Shown piece by piece: positions 49,936-59,384 of a stretch of DNA of 64,000 bases (positions are counted from its first letter, which is position 1; each line of letters begins with the position of its first letter). The stretch lies in the NCBI GenBank assembly GCA_963826695.1, contig CAWGXZ010000007.1, positions 81,757 to 145,756 of the forward strand, in the 5' to 3' direction. The position numbers and the translations under genes were made by a program. This stretch comes from an uncultured beta proteobacterium. GTDB lineage: Bacteria; Pseudomonadota; Gammaproteobacteria; Burkholderiales; Burkholderiaceae_C. The notes beneath the pieces were generated by a model that saw only the letters and a list, made by a program, of their open reading frames with translations, was not told where the DNA came from and did not search any database.

Positions 49936-51054
49936 TCACGAATTGATCGCTCGATCCGCGAGCCAGCGTTTTAGCGGACGCGCCCGTTCGAACCAGGCAA
50001 GGCCGCGGTTGCGGATGCCGCGCGAGAATGGCTTGTCATCGGCGAAGAGCGTCATCAACCCTTCGGTGAGCTCGCCGACTTCCCAGGTCGGCAGCAAGCG
50101 CTCGCGCGCATAGCGTCGCAGCAGCCGCTCGTCGCCGAGCGGGCGCCAGGCTTCGCGTTCGGCGAGCACCTTCGTCAGGGAGACGACATCGGCCAGGCCC
50201 AGATTGAGCCCCTGGCCGGCAAGCGGATGGACGACGTGCGCTGCGTCGCCGAGCAACACCCAGCCCTCGCCGCACCAGACATCGGCCTGGCCGCGCATCA
50301 GCGGCCATTCGGCGCGTGGCGACGCCAGGGCGAGCATGCCGGCGGCGCCATGCGTGGCGGCGTTCAGTTCGCCCGCGAAATCGGCGTCGTCGAGCGCCAT
50401 CAGCTGAGCCGCCCTCGCCTGGGGAAGCGACCAGACGAGGGCATGCGAGTGGCGTTCGCGCGGCGAATCGAAAGGCAACAGGGCCAGCACGTCAGGCGAG
50501 CGGAACCACTGGCGTGCGATGCCCTGGTGATCGGCATCGCTGTGCAGCCGCGCGGCGATCGCGCGCTGACCGTAGTCCACCGTATCGAAGGCGACACCGC
50601 GGTGCCCACGGCGAAGTGAATGGCCGCCTTCGCAGAGCGCCTCGAGCGACGCTTCGAACGACGCCGCTTGCGCCATGTCGACCGACACCACGTGGGGCGA
50701 GAAGCGCATCGCCGCTGCGAGTTCGCGCTCGAGCACCGCTGCATCGACGATCCACGCGAGTTCGCCGACCCGCTGCTCCCACGCAGAAAAGGTCAGCACG
50801 GCATCGGCGGCGTCGCCCTCGATCCGCATTTCCTCGACCGCCGTGGTCGCCATCGCCGGCAATGCGTCCCACACCTTCAGCTCGCGCAGCAAGCCGACCG
50901 AGGCCGCGTTCAGGGCATAGGCACGCACATCGTCCGATCCACCGCTGCGCTGCGCGGCGCAGACCGCGACCTTCAGGCCGAGGCGGGCCATGGAAAGCGC
51001 AAGGCTTCGGCCGACGATCCCGGCACCGCGGACCAGGATGTCGACGTGCTGCAT
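49936..51054 (-). CDS. UbiH/UbiF/VisC/COQ6-family FAD-dependent hydroxylase
   Basis: VDILVRGAGIVGRSLA is the FAD GxGxxG motif. LLGDAAHVVHPLAGQGLNLG is the family fingerprint. Confidence 0.85.
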   Translation of the reverse strand: MQHVDILVRGAGIVGRSLALSMARLGLKVAVCAAQRSGGSDDVRAYALNAASVGLLRELKVWDALPAMATTAVEEMRIEGDAADAVLTFSAWEQRVGELAWIVDAAVLERELAAAMRFSPHVVSVDMAQAASFEASLEALCEGGHSLRRGHRGVAFDTVDYGQRAIAARLHSDADHQGIARQWFRSPDVLALLPFDSPRERHSHALVWSLPQARAAQLMALDDADFAGELNAATHGAAGMLALASPRAEWPLMRGQADVWCGEGWVLLGDAAHVVHPLAGQGLNLGLADVVSLTKVLAEREAWRPLGDERLLRRYARERLLPTWEVGELTEGLMTLFADDKPFSRGIRNRGLAWFERARPLKRWLADRAINS

Positions 51055-51197
51055 GCAAGGATTGTAGGCAGCGCCTGGCGTGGAGATGCCGCGCCGGCGG
51101 CGCCTCCTAGAATCCTTGCGAGCGCCACCTCCCGGCCTGCGACCCTGCCTTCGCGGGCCGGCCCTGCAGGGCGCACCCCCTTTTTGAGAGACATCCC

Positions 51198-52295
51198 ATG
51201 AGCCTGAAATGCGGCATCGTCGGCTTGCCGAACGTCGGCAAGTCGACCCTTTTCAATGCACTGACAAAGGCCGGCATCGCCGCGGAAAACTACCCCTTCT
51301 GCACGATTGAGCCGAACGTCGGCGTCGTCGAGCTACCGGACGCCCGCCTGACCGCGCTGGCGGCGATCGTCAAGCCCGAACGGGTGGTGCCGGCGATCGT
51401 CGAGTTCGTCGATATCGCCGGGCTGGTCGCGGGTGCGTCGAAAGGCGAAGGGCTGGGTAACCAGTTTCTCGCCCACATCCGCGAAACCGACGCCATCGTC
51501 AATGTGGTTCGCTGCTTCGAGGACGACAACGTGATCCACGTCGCGCAACGCGTCGACCCCGTCGCGGACGCGGAGGTGATCCAGACCGAGCTCTGCCTTG
51601 CCGACCTCGCCACGGTAGAAAAGGTGCTGCAGCGCTCGATCAAGGCCGCCAAGTCGGGCAACGACAAGGAAGCCCAGCGCCTGGTCGATGTGCTGCAGAA
51701 ATGCCGCGCCGCGCTCGACCAGGCGCAGCCGGTGCGGGCGCTTTCCTTCAGCAAGGAAGAGCAGCAGGTGCTTCGGCCGCTTTGCCTGATCACGGCCAAG
51801 CCGGCGATGTTCGTCGGCAACGTTGCCGAGGATGGTTTCGAGGCCAACCCGCATCTCGACCGCTTGCGTGCCTTTGCAGCCGAACAAAATGCGCCAGTGG
51901 TCGCGATCTGTGCCCAGACCGAGGCCGAGCTCGCCGAGATGGCTGCCGAGGACCGGCTGCTGTTCCTGCAGGAAATGGGTCAGAGTGAACCCGGTCTGGA
52001 CCGGCTAATCCGGGCGGCTTTCAGGCTGCTTGGCCTGCAGACGTATTTCACCGCCGGCGTCAAGGAAGTGCGCGCCTGGACGATTCACGTCGGCGACACC
52101 GCTCCGCAGGCGGCAGGGGTGATCCACACCGACTTCGAGCGTGGCTTCATTCGCGCCCAAACCATCGCCTACGACGACTTCGTTTCGTATCGTGGTGAAC
52201 AGGGCGCGAAGGACGCCGGCCGGATGCGAGCGGAAGGCAAGGACTATGTCGTCAAGGACGGGGATGTTCTGAACTTCCTGTTCAGCCCGACATAA
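51198..52295 (+). CDS. ychF: Redox-regulated ribosome-binding ATPase YchF
   Basis: [23 protein letters not shown]...[22 protein letters not shown]...TGS domain...[13 protein letters not shown]. Confidence 0.95.
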   Translation: MSLKCGIVGLPNVGKSTLFNALTKAGIAAENYPFCTIEPNVGVVELPDARLTALAAIVKPERVVPAIVEFVDIAGLVAGASKGEGLGNQFLAHIRETDAIVNVVRCFEDDNVIHVAQRVDPVADAEVIQTELCLADLATVEKVLQRSIKAAKSGNDKEAQRLVDVLQKCRAALDQAQPVRALSFSKEEQQVLRPLCLITAKPAMFVGNVAEDGFEANPHLDRLRAFAAEQNAPVVAICAQTEAELAEMAAEDRLLFLQEMGQSEPGLDRLIRAAFRLLGLQTYFTAGVKEVRAWTIHVGDTAPQAAGVIHTDFERGFIRAQTIAYDDFVSYRGEQGAKDAGRMRAEGKDYVVKDGDVLNFLFSPT

Positions 52296-52519
52296 GGGTT
52301 CTCGCCTGCGAGGCAACCGCGACTGGAACCGCAGGACGCGTACGACCGCCAGCGTACCGGGAAACGCTGTACTTGCAGGAGAATGGTTCATGACGAATCG
52401 CCCCACCTCGATGCATTCGTTGCAAACACAGGAAGTGTGCGTTCTGGCCGCTGACAGTGACACTGCCGAATGCCTTTGCACGCTGAGGTTGGGCGGCGAT
52501 TCCTGAGCGACAGGCACCG

Positions 52520-55500
52520 GTGCCCGCGATGGCAAAGGTTGCACCGCGGCTGAGCCAGTTTTGGACCCGTGAGACACGCACCTGGCGGCTTGCAGGGGGC
52601 GCCATACGGAAGATTGTTGTTCCGCTGCTGCTCACGGCAGGGGGCTACGGCCTCGTCGGCTGGTTTTCACTGCGCTTGGCCAATCCGGCCAGCCATGCGG
52701 CGCCGCTCTTTCCGGCGGCCGGCCTGGCGCTGGCCTGTGCGCTGGTTTATGGCTGGCCGGCGGCGCTCGGCACCATGGTGGCGTCGGCTGGAATCGTTGC
52801 TGCGACGCTGATCGCCACAGCCGCCCTGCCACTGCCGCTGTTGGTGCTGGTTGCGAGCGGCATCGGAGTTTCATCCGGCCTGCAGGCATTGATCGGCAGC
52901 TGGCTGGTTCGCCGCTGGATCGCCGGGCCCCTGATCCTGAGCGAGACGCGCGACATCGCGCTTTTCTTCAGCGGCGGTGCTGTCGTGGCATGTCTGATTT
53001 CCGCCAGCATCGGCTCGGCATTGCTGGCACATGCCGGCCTACTGCCGCCGGCACTCGGATGGGCGACCTGGACGACCTGGTGGCTCGGCAACGTTCTTGG
53101 CGTGATCGTCGGTGCGCCGATCGCGCTCGGCGTCATCGGCAGGCCGCGCAGCGAATGGCGCCCGCGGCGCCTGGCCGTGGGGCTGACGCTGACCGCGGCC
53201 ATTTTGCTGCTGGCGGTCGGCATCCTGCAGATCAGCCGGCTCGAGGCCGAGTGGATTTCGCACCGAATCGACCACGAAGGCGGCAGCGCGGTGGCGGCCT
53301 TGCGCAGCCGGCTGCAGGATCCGCTGCGCGCGCTGGACGTGACGCGCGGCATCTTTCTCGCCTCGAGCGACGTCACCCAGCGTGAAATGCACCGGGCGGC
53401 GCAGCAGTGGCTTTACCCACCGGGCCGGATCATTGCGGTTGGCTGGGGTGAATCCACAGCGGGTTCGGTGCGTGCGGCGGGGATGCCCGCCAACTCGGGG
53501 CAAGGCGCTCCACCCGCCGCGGAGCAGCCGGCCAGCGCGGAACTGATCGTCCGCTATGTCGAGCCGCTCGAAGGCAACGCGCCGCTTCTGGGCACGAACC
53601 TCCTCGTCGCCAACGCAGACCGCAGGGCCGTTGTCGAGGCGATTGAAACGGGCACTGCTGTCGCCAGTGAAGCCACCGGAAAAGGCTCCCCTGATCGCTC
53701 CAATGGGGAGGTCACGCTCTATGCGCCCGTCTACGGCGGTCCAGAGGCAGCCCCCGATCTGCGCGCTGCCGAACTCTTCGGCGTCGTCTTCGTCACCTTC
53801 AGCGTCGAGGAGACGGTGGCTCCGGTGCTGCGCGAGGTGGCCGGACGAATGTCGCTCTGCCTGGTCGACCGCAACACCTCCGCGGGTGTGGTTCGGCTGG
53901 CGGGTGCGGCGGCCTGCGAGCGTGACGCCCGCGCGCAGCAGGTACACGCGTTGACCTTTGCAGGCCGCTCTTGGGAGGTGCTGGCTCAGAGCCCGACTGG
54001 CGCCTTGGCTGGCATGCCCTCCCAGCAGGCGTGGCTGTTCTCCGTGGCCGGGCTGCTCTCGGCCGGGCTGCTCAGCGCCCTCCTGCTGATGCTGACCGGT
54101 CGCGCCCTGCGTATCGAGCAGGCGGTTGCCGACCGCACGCAGGCCCTGTTGCGCCAGATCCGCGAACGCGAGCAGGCCGAAGCCGCGCTGCGCGAGGGTG
54201 AGCAGCGGTTCCGCAATATCTTCGACAACGTGTCGATCGGCGTCGTATACGCCGACCTGGAAGGTGTCATTCGGGAGGTCAACAGTCGCTATGCCACGCT
54301 GGTGGGTTGCACGGTCGAGGCGTTGATCGGCACGCAGCTTGTCGAGCGCATCCATCCTGAAGACCGCGCCGAGAGCCGTCGGCAGGGCGCACGCCTGATC
54401 GCTGGCCGCGTGCCGATCGTCCGGGGGCAGCTGCGCATCTTGCGCCAGGATGGCAGCGTGCTTTGGGTGCAGCAGAACCTTACGCTGCTGCGCGATATCG
54501 ATGGCGCGCCACAACATCTGGTTGGCGTGGTCGAGGACATCAGCGACCAATTCCGTCTGGTCGAGGCCGAGCGCGCTCGTGAAGCCGCCGAGGCGGCGAA
54601 CCGGGCAAAAAGCGACTTTCTTTCGCGCATGAGCCACGAGTTGCGCACACCGCTGAATGCGATGCTCGGCTTCGCCCAGCTCCTCGGCAGCGATCGGCAG
54701 CAACCCCTCAGCGAATCGCAACAGGTGCAGGTCGCCCAGATCCAGCAAGCCGGCTGGCACCTGCTCGAGATGATCAACGACGTGCTCGATCTGTCCCGCG
54801 TCGATTCGGACAACCTCCGGTTGCAGCCCCAGGCGTTGCAACTGCAACCGCTCGTCGACGCGGCTTGGACGCTGGTGGCCGGCGAAGCCACGCGCAAGCG
54901 CCTGGGCGTCAGCCGTGACCTGGCCGAGGACGCGGCGCTGATCCAGGGCGACGCGACCCGGGTCAAGCAGATCCTCACCAACCTCCTCTCGAACGCCGTC
55001 AAGTACAACGTCGACGATGGCCGCGTGGCCTTGCAGGCTCGCCGTGCCGGTTCACGCGTCGAGATCACTGTCAGCGACAGCGGACCCGGCATGACGCCGG
55101 AACAACTCGACGGGTTGTTCCAGCCGTTCAACCGCCTGGGACGCGAGCGTTCGAATATTCAGGGCACCGGAATCGGCCTGGTCATCAGCCGACGGCTGGC
55201 CGAGTTGATGGGTGGCACGCTCGAAGCGCGAAGCAGGGCCGGCCGCGGCTCGTCGTTCATCCTCTCCCTGCCAGGGGCCGGCGCGGGATCGCTGGAGGAC
55301 GGCGCGGCTCCACAACCGCCCGTGGGAGACGCCGGCTACCACCGCCGCATCGTCCACTACGTCGAGGACAACGCGACCAATGTCGAGGTGATGCGAGGCA
55401 TCCTGGCGCAGCGTCCGCAGGTTCAGTTCGTCGTCTCGGTGACCGGGCTCGACGGACTGGCGGCAATCCGCGCGCAGTTGCCCGACGTGATCCTGCTCGA

Positions 55501-55726
55501 TATGCATCTGCCTGATATCGACGGCCTGGAGCTGCTGCGCCACCTGAAGGACCGCCCAGAAACGCGGCGCATCCCGGTGATCGTTGTTTCGGCAGATGCG
55601 CTTTCAACACAAATCGACAGGGCCCTCGACGCTGGCGCCGCGCACTACCTGACCAAACCGGTGGACATTGCCGAACTGCTGCGTCTCCTCGATTCGGTTC
55701 TGGAGGCTTCTGAAACGCGGTATTGA
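52520..55726 (+). CDS. Hybrid sensor histidine kinase: MASE1-like membrane domain, CHASE-like loop, PAS, HisKA, HATPase and REC
   Basis: A multi-TM N-terminus is followed by an extracytoplasmic segment (IVRYVEPLEGNAPLLGTNLL...VTLYAPVY) and a TM helix. Then come PAS (FRNIFDNVSIGVVYADLEG), the H-box SRMSHELRTPLNAML, the N-box LLSNAVKYN, DSGPGM, GTGIGL and REC (VEDNATNVEVM...LDMHLPDIDG...TKP). The start is either GTG 52520 or ATG 52529. Confidence 0.85.
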   Translation: MPAMAKVAPRLSQFWTRETRTWRLAGGAIRKIVVPLLLTAGGYGLVGWFSLRLANPASHAAPLFPAAGLALACALVYGWPAALGTMVASAGIVAATLIATAALPLPLLVLVASGIGVSSGLQALIGSWLVRRWIAGPLILSETRDIALFFSGGAVVACLISASIGSALLAHAGLLPPALGWATWTTWWLGNVLGVIVGAPIALGVIGRPRSEWRPRRLAVGLTLTAAILLLAVGILQISRLEAEWISHRIDHEGGSAVAALRSRLQDPLRALDVTRGIFLASSDVTQREMHRAAQQWLYPPGRIIAVGWGESTAGSVRAAGMPANSGQGAPPAAEQPASAELIVRYVEPLEGNAPLLGTNLLVANADRRAVVEAIETGTAVASEATGKGSPDRSNGEVTLYAPVYGGPEAAPDLRAAELFGVVFVTFSVEETVAPVLREVAGRMSLCLVDRNTSAGVVRLAGAAACERDARAQQVHALTFAGRSWEVLAQSPTGALAGMPSQQAWLFSVAGLLSAGLLSALLLMLTGRALRIEQAVADRTQALLRQIREREQAEAALREGEQRFRNIFDNVSIGVVYADLEGVIREVNSRYATLVGCTVEALIGTQLVERIHPEDRAESRRQGARLIAGRVPIVRGQLRILRQDGSVLWVQQNLTLLRDIDGAPQHLVGVVEDISDQFRLVEAERAREAAEAANRAKSDFLSRMSHELRTPLNAMLGFAQLLGSDRQQPLSESQQVQVAQIQQAGWHLLEMINDVLDLSRVDSDNLRLQPQALQLQPLVDAAWTLVAGEATRKRLGVSRDLAEDAALIQGDATRVKQILTNLLSNAVKYNVDDGRVALQARRAGSRVEITVSDSGPGMTPEQLDGLFQPFNRLGRERSNIQGTGIGLVISRRLAELMGGTLEARSRAGRGSSFILSLPGAGAGSLEDGAAPQPPVGDAGYHRRIVHYVEDNATNVEVMRGILAQRPQVQFVVSVTGLDGLAAIRAQLPDVILLDMHLPDIDGLELLRHLKDRPETRRIPVIVVSADALSTQIDRALDAGAAHYLTKPVDIAELLRLLDSVLEASETRY

Positions 55727-55866
55727 GCACGATGGATCGACCAGCGGAGCTGCTTCGGCGGTTCGATGCCAGGGGCTCGAGGTGCTTCGTCGCTGAGCCT
55801 GGCACTCCAGATGCGCGAGTGCTAACATTTGCGGAACCTTCTCCGCGTTCCTCAATCCATGGCCGC

Positions 55867-56784
55867 ATGACTGCAACTTCTGCATTGACGATGCGTGACC
55901 CCTGGGCCCTGGTGCCCTCGCTCGGCAACCTGGATGCTTACATTTCCACGGTCAACCGGATTCCGCTGCTGACCGCGGAAGAGGAAACGAAGTACGCGCG
56001 CCAGTTGCGCGACGACGGTGACCTGCAGGCCGCCGGGCGCCTGGTCATGTCGCACCTTCGACTGGTGGTGTCGATCTCGCGCCACTACCTCGGTTACGGT
56101 TTGCCGCACGGCGACCTGATCCAGGAAGGCAATGTCGGCTTGATGAAGGCGGTTCGTCGGTTCGATCCCGAGCAGGGGGTCAGGCTGGTCAGCTATGCGA
56201 TGCACTGGATCAAGGCCGAGATCCACGACTACATTTTGAAGAACTGGCGTCTCGTCAAGGTGGCGACAACCAAGGCGCAGCGCAAGCTGTTCTTCAACTT
56301 GCGTTCGATGAAGCAGGGCATGCGCACCGACGCTGCGGACGGCGACACGCACCGCAGCACGCTGACTCCCCAGCAGGTCGACGACGTGGCGCGACAGCTG
56401 AATGTCAAGCGCGAAGATGTCCTCGAAATGGAGACACGACTCGCCGGCGGCGAAGTGTCACTCGAGCCGGGTGTCGATGACGGCGAGGAGAGCTACGCGC
56501 CGATTGCGTATCTTGCCGACGACCGCAGCGAACCGACGCAGGTGATCGAGGCGCAGCACCGCGACTGGCTCGCCGGCGACGGTATCGCGCAGGCACTCGA
56601 GGTGCTCGACCCGCGCAGCCGTCGAATCGTCGAGGAGCGGTGGCTGAAGGTCAACGACGACGCCAGCGGTGGCATGACGCTGCACGACCTGGCGGGCGAA
56701 TACGGCGTCAGTGCCGAACGAATCCGCCAGATCGAGTCCGCGGCGATGAAGAAGATGCGAAAGGCGTTGGTCGAAGCCGTCTGA
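55867..56784 (+). CDS. rpoH: RNA polymerase sigma-32 (heat-shock sigma factor)
   Basis: LGNLDAYISTVNRIPLLTAEEE...DLIQEGNVGLMKAVRRFDP...WRLVKVATTKAQRKLFFNLR is the RpoH box. Start trimmed to ATG 55867. Confidence 0.92.
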   Translation: MTATSALTMRDPWALVPSLGNLDAYISTVNRIPLLTAEEETKYARQLRDDGDLQAAGRLVMSHLRLVVSISRHYLGYGLPHGDLIQEGNVGLMKAVRRFDPEQGVRLVSYAMHWIKAEIHDYILKNWRLVKVATTKAQRKLFFNLRSMKQGMRTDAADGDTHRSTLTPQQVDDVARQLNVKREDVLEMETRLAGGEVSLEPGVDDGEESYAPIAYLADDRSEPTQVIEAQHRDWLAGDGIAQALEVLDPRSRRIVEERWLKVNDDASGGMTLHDLAGEYGVSAERIRQIESAAMKKMRKALVEAV

Positions 56785-56802
56785 TCGCCGGCGCCCAAAA
56801 GA

Positions 56803-56838
56803 AAAAGCCGACCGCTTTCGTGGCAGTCGGCTTTTGTT
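56803..56838. terminator. Bidirectional rho-independent terminator shared by rpoH (+) and ssrA (-)
   Basis: A perfect 10-bp stem, AAAAGCCGAC...GTCGGCTTTT, with a 13-nt loop. A U-run follows the stem on both strands (TTTTGTTT on plus, TTTTTCTTTT on minus). Confidence 0.75.
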
Positions 56839-57209
56839 TGGTGGAGCCGGCGGGAATCGAACCCGCGTCCGCTGGTCATCATCAGGCAGATCTACATGCT
56901 TAGCTGGCTGATTTGGTTTTAGGAGGCGGTATCGCGCAGCAGCACGCTATACCGTCCCCGAGTCACTTGATTTGATCCTGTGCCGAGTGACCCGGCTCAG
57001 GACGAGCTGATGTGTATGACTTCGCAGCCCTCAGGTTGCCCCTTGGACCCAGCCCATCGGCCAACTGTTGCGAAGCTCGCCGGTTTTAAGCGGCGAGAGC
57101 GTACGTAGAGTCGTTCGCAGTTACTTTGTTTCCAGTGGATTTACGAGCGAACTGGTGCTCGGCATGCCCTGTTCCAACTCCGAACCCGCGTCGAAGCCAG
57201 GTCGGCCCC
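56839..57209 (-). ncRNA. ssrA: tmRNA (transfer-messenger RNA); tag reading frame ANDSTYALAA*
   Basis: The 5' end GGGGCCGACCTGGCTTCGACGCGGG pairs with the 3' end GGTTCGATTCCCGCCGGCTCCACCA, including the G3:U wobble. The tag ORF GCGAACGACTCTACGTACGCTCTCGCCGCTTAA lies at complement 57086..57118. Confidence 0.93.
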
Positions 57210-57220
57210 TGTAGAACGAT

Positions 57221-57247
57221 ATTTTAGGCCGGTTCGAGCAGATTCAA
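57221..57247 (-). promoter_or_regulatory. Candidate sigma-70 promoter for ssrA embedded in the 3' end of gph
   Basis: The minus strand reads TTGAAT-15 nt-TAAAAT, ending 11 nt before the mature tmRNA 5' end. The -10 hexamer contains the gph TAA stop codon. The spacer is short. Confidence 0.35.
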
Positions 57248-57883
57248 GACGTCGGCCGGAACATTCAGCGTGACGTCGGCAGCCCAAGTGGCGATTGGCG
57301 GGCCCATACCCAGGTAGCCCCAGCTGGCGGCGGCGGTTCGCATTCGCGCAGCGCGTCCGGCTTCGATGTCGCGAGCGTCGTCGCCGATGTAGACGCACTC
57401 GCCAGGTGCCGTCAGAAGGCGGCGCGCAGCTTCGAGCAAAGGGGCCGGATGCGGCTTGGAGAACCCGGTGGTATCGCCGCACACCAGCGCACCCGTGCGC
57501 TGCTGCAGACCGAGCGCCTGGGCGATCGGAACCGCGAATCGGGCAATCTTGTTGGTGACGATGCCCCAGCGAACCTGCGCGGCGTCGAGCCTGTCGAGCA
57601 ACGCAGCGACGCCATCGAACAGCCGCGTCTCGGCAAGCAGGCGCGCTTCGTAGCGACTCAGGAACTCGTCGCGCAGCACTTCGAATGACGGCGCTCCGGG
57701 TCCGATGCCGAAGGCAGCGCCAACCATGCCGCGCGCGCCACTTCCGACCATGGGACGCAGCGCCTTGAAATCGAGCGGCAGCATTCCGCGGTGCACGCGC
57801 ATGTCGTTGGCTGCGCCAGCCAGGTCCGGCGCGCTGTCGATCAGCGTGCCGTCGAGATCGAAGAGCAGTGCGATTCCGTTCAC
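57224..57883 (-). CDS. gph: Phosphoglycolate phosphatase (HAD superfamily)
   Basis: (M)NGIALLFDLDGTLIDSAPDL...VTNK...YIGDDARDI. The GTG start overlaps the ubiG stop (GTGA). The track ORF is over-extended upstream. Confidence 0.85.
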   Translation of the reverse strand: MNGIALLFDLDGTLIDSAPDLAGAANDMRVHRGMLPLDFKALRPMVGSGARGMVGAAFGIGPGAPSFEVLRDEFLSRYEARLLAETRLFDGVAALLDRLDAAQVRWGIVTNKIARFAVPIAQALGLQQRTGALVCGDTTGFSKPHPAPLLEAARRLLTAPGECVYIGDDARDIEAGRAARMRTAAASWGYLGMGPPIATWAADVTLNVPADVLNLLEPA

Positions 57884-58590
57884 GACAGCTGCGGTCGGCG
57901 CATCGACAGCAGGTAGTTCACCCGTGCATCGCCGGAGAGCCGGTATCGCCGGCTGATCGGGTTGTATTCCATGCCGCACACCTGCTCGGCATCCAGGCCG
58001 GCGCTGCGTCCGAGGTGCAGCAACTCACTGGGCCGCAAGAAACGGCCGTATTCATGCGTACCGGCCGGAAGCAGCTTGAGCAGATGCTCGGCACCGACGA
58101 TGGCGTAAAGGAAGGCCTTTGCATTGCGGCTGATCGTGCTGAAGAAGACCCAGCCACCGGGCTTCACCAGATGCGCACAGGCATCGACGACCGATGCAGG
58201 GTCCGGAACATGCTCGAGCATTTCCATGCACGTCACGACGTCGAACGAGGCGGGCTGTTCCAGGGCCAGACTTTCGACGGCAATCTCCCGGTAGGCAATC
58301 GCCGGCGTTGCGGCTTCGAGAGCGTGCAGACGTGCAACTGTCAGCGCCTTGCCTGCCAGGTCGATGCCGAGCACCTCGGCGCCACGCCGCGCCATCGAAT
58401 CGGACAAGATGCCACCACCGCAGCCGACGTCGACAACGCGCTTGCCGGCCAATGCACTTTGCCGGTCGATCCAGTCAAGCCGCAGCGGATTGATCGCGTG
58501 CAATGGTGCGAAGTCGCCAGACCCGTCCCACCAGCGATGGGCGAGTTCACTGAATTTGGCGATTTCCTGAGGGTCGACGTTCTGGCTCAT
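57880..58590 (-). CDS. ubiG: Bifunctional 3-demethylubiquinol 3-O-methyltransferase/2-polyprenyl-6-hydroxyphenol methylase
   Basis: MSQNVDPQEIAKFSELAHRWWD...PLHAINPLRLDWI...VVDVGCGGGILSDSMA...CMEMLEHVPDP. Confidence 0.92.
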   Translation of the reverse strand: MSQNVDPQEIAKFSELAHRWWDGSGDFAPLHAINPLRLDWIDRQSALAGKRVVDVGCGGGILSDSMARRGAEVLGIDLAGKALTVARLHALEAATPAIAYREIAVESLALEQPASFDVVTCMEMLEHVPDPASVVDACAHLVKPGGWVFFSTISRNAKAFLYAIVGAEHLLKLLPAGTHEYGRFLRPSELLHLGRSAGLDAEQVCGMEYNPISRRYRLSGDARVNYLLSMRRPQLS

Positions 58591-58643
58591 GTTGCGGTCG
58601 ATGCAGGCGGGGCAAACCACCGGAGGGTGTGCGACGTGGAATG

Positions 58644-58667
58644 AAAAAACCCCGCCGCAGCGGGGTT
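58644..58667 (-). terminator. Rho-independent terminator downstream of the ompA-family gene
   Basis: The minus strand reads CCCCGC-tgcg-GCGGGG followed by TTTTTT. Confidence 0.7.
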
Positions 58668-58688
58668 TCGAAGGTCAGGCAATCGCGA

Positions 58689-59384
58689 TCAGGGACGAGC
58701 GCGGGTACCGACCACTTCGATCTCGACGCGACGGTTCTTGGCCCGACCCGCAGCCGTCTTGTTGTCCGCAACGGGCTGCTTCTCGCCCTTGCCTTCGGTG
58801 TAGACACGGTTGCGCTCGATACCCTTGCCGACCAGATAAGCCTTGACTGCTTCCGAGCGGCGGATCGACAGGCGCTGGTTGTAGGCATCGGTACCGATCG
58901 AGTCGGTGTGGCCGACGGCAATCACGACCTCGAGATTGATTCCGCCCATCTTGCTGACCAGCTCGTCGAGCTTCGCGCGGCCTTCCGGCTTGAGCACCGA
59001 CTTGTCGAAGTCGAAGAACGCATCGGCAGCGAAGGTCACCTTCTCACTGGCAGGAGCAACCGGAGCTGCGGCAGGCGGCGGCTTCACCGGAGCGGGCGCA
59101 GGAGCAGCGGCGGGCGGCATGGCCGGCGGCGGCGGCGGCGCCGGAACAGGTGCCGGAGCAGGCGGCTTCAGTGCGCCATCGCAACTCGGGTGGGCAGTCG
59201 CCGGCGTCCAGTTGGAATCGCGCCAGCACAGCTCGTTGGTGCCGTTCTTCCACGGGGTGCCATCGCTGCTCACCCAGTTGTCGATCGTCCGGCTCGGGGC
59301 CTGGGTCTGGGCAACGACGCCCGACGTAGCAACGGCGAGAGCAGCGGTTGCGAAGAGCGACGCCACATTGTTCAGTTTCTTCAT
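58689..59384 (-). CDS. OmpA-family peptidoglycan-associated protein with a proline-rich linker
   Basis: MKKLNNVASLFATAALAVATSGVVAQ is a signal peptide. A PAPAPVPAPPPPPAMPP linker follows. The OmpA_C domain reads FFDFDKSVLKPEG...VGHTDSIGTDAYNQRLS...NRRVEIEV. GAGGAGA lies upstream of ATG 59384. Confidence 0.88.
   Translation of the reverse strand: MKKLNNVASLFATAALAVATSGVVAQTQAPSRTIDNWVSSDGTPWKNGTNELCWRDSNWTPATAHPSCDGALKPPAPAPVPAPPPPPAMPPAAAPAPAPVKPPPAAAPVAPASEKVTFAADAFFDFDKSVLKPEGRAKLDELVSKMGGINLEVVIAVGHTDSIGTDAYNQRLSIRRSEAVKAYLVGKGIERNRVYTEGKGEKQPVADNKTAAGRAKNRRVEIEVVGTRARP

Noticed and set aside
52383-52454. 23-codon mini-ORF as a leader peptide or attenuator for the hybrid kinase
   Set aside because: The Shine-Dalgarno-like AGGAGA is only 1 nt from the ATG. 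No terminator or antiterminator hairpins are evident, and the peptide has no regulatory codon run. It is kept only as a low-interest note.
56784-57260. Possible genomic island or prophage integrated at the tmRNA gene
   Set aside because: rpoH and its terminator abut the tmRNA 3' end directly. I found no integrase, no repeated copy of the ssrA 3' end and no compositional break.
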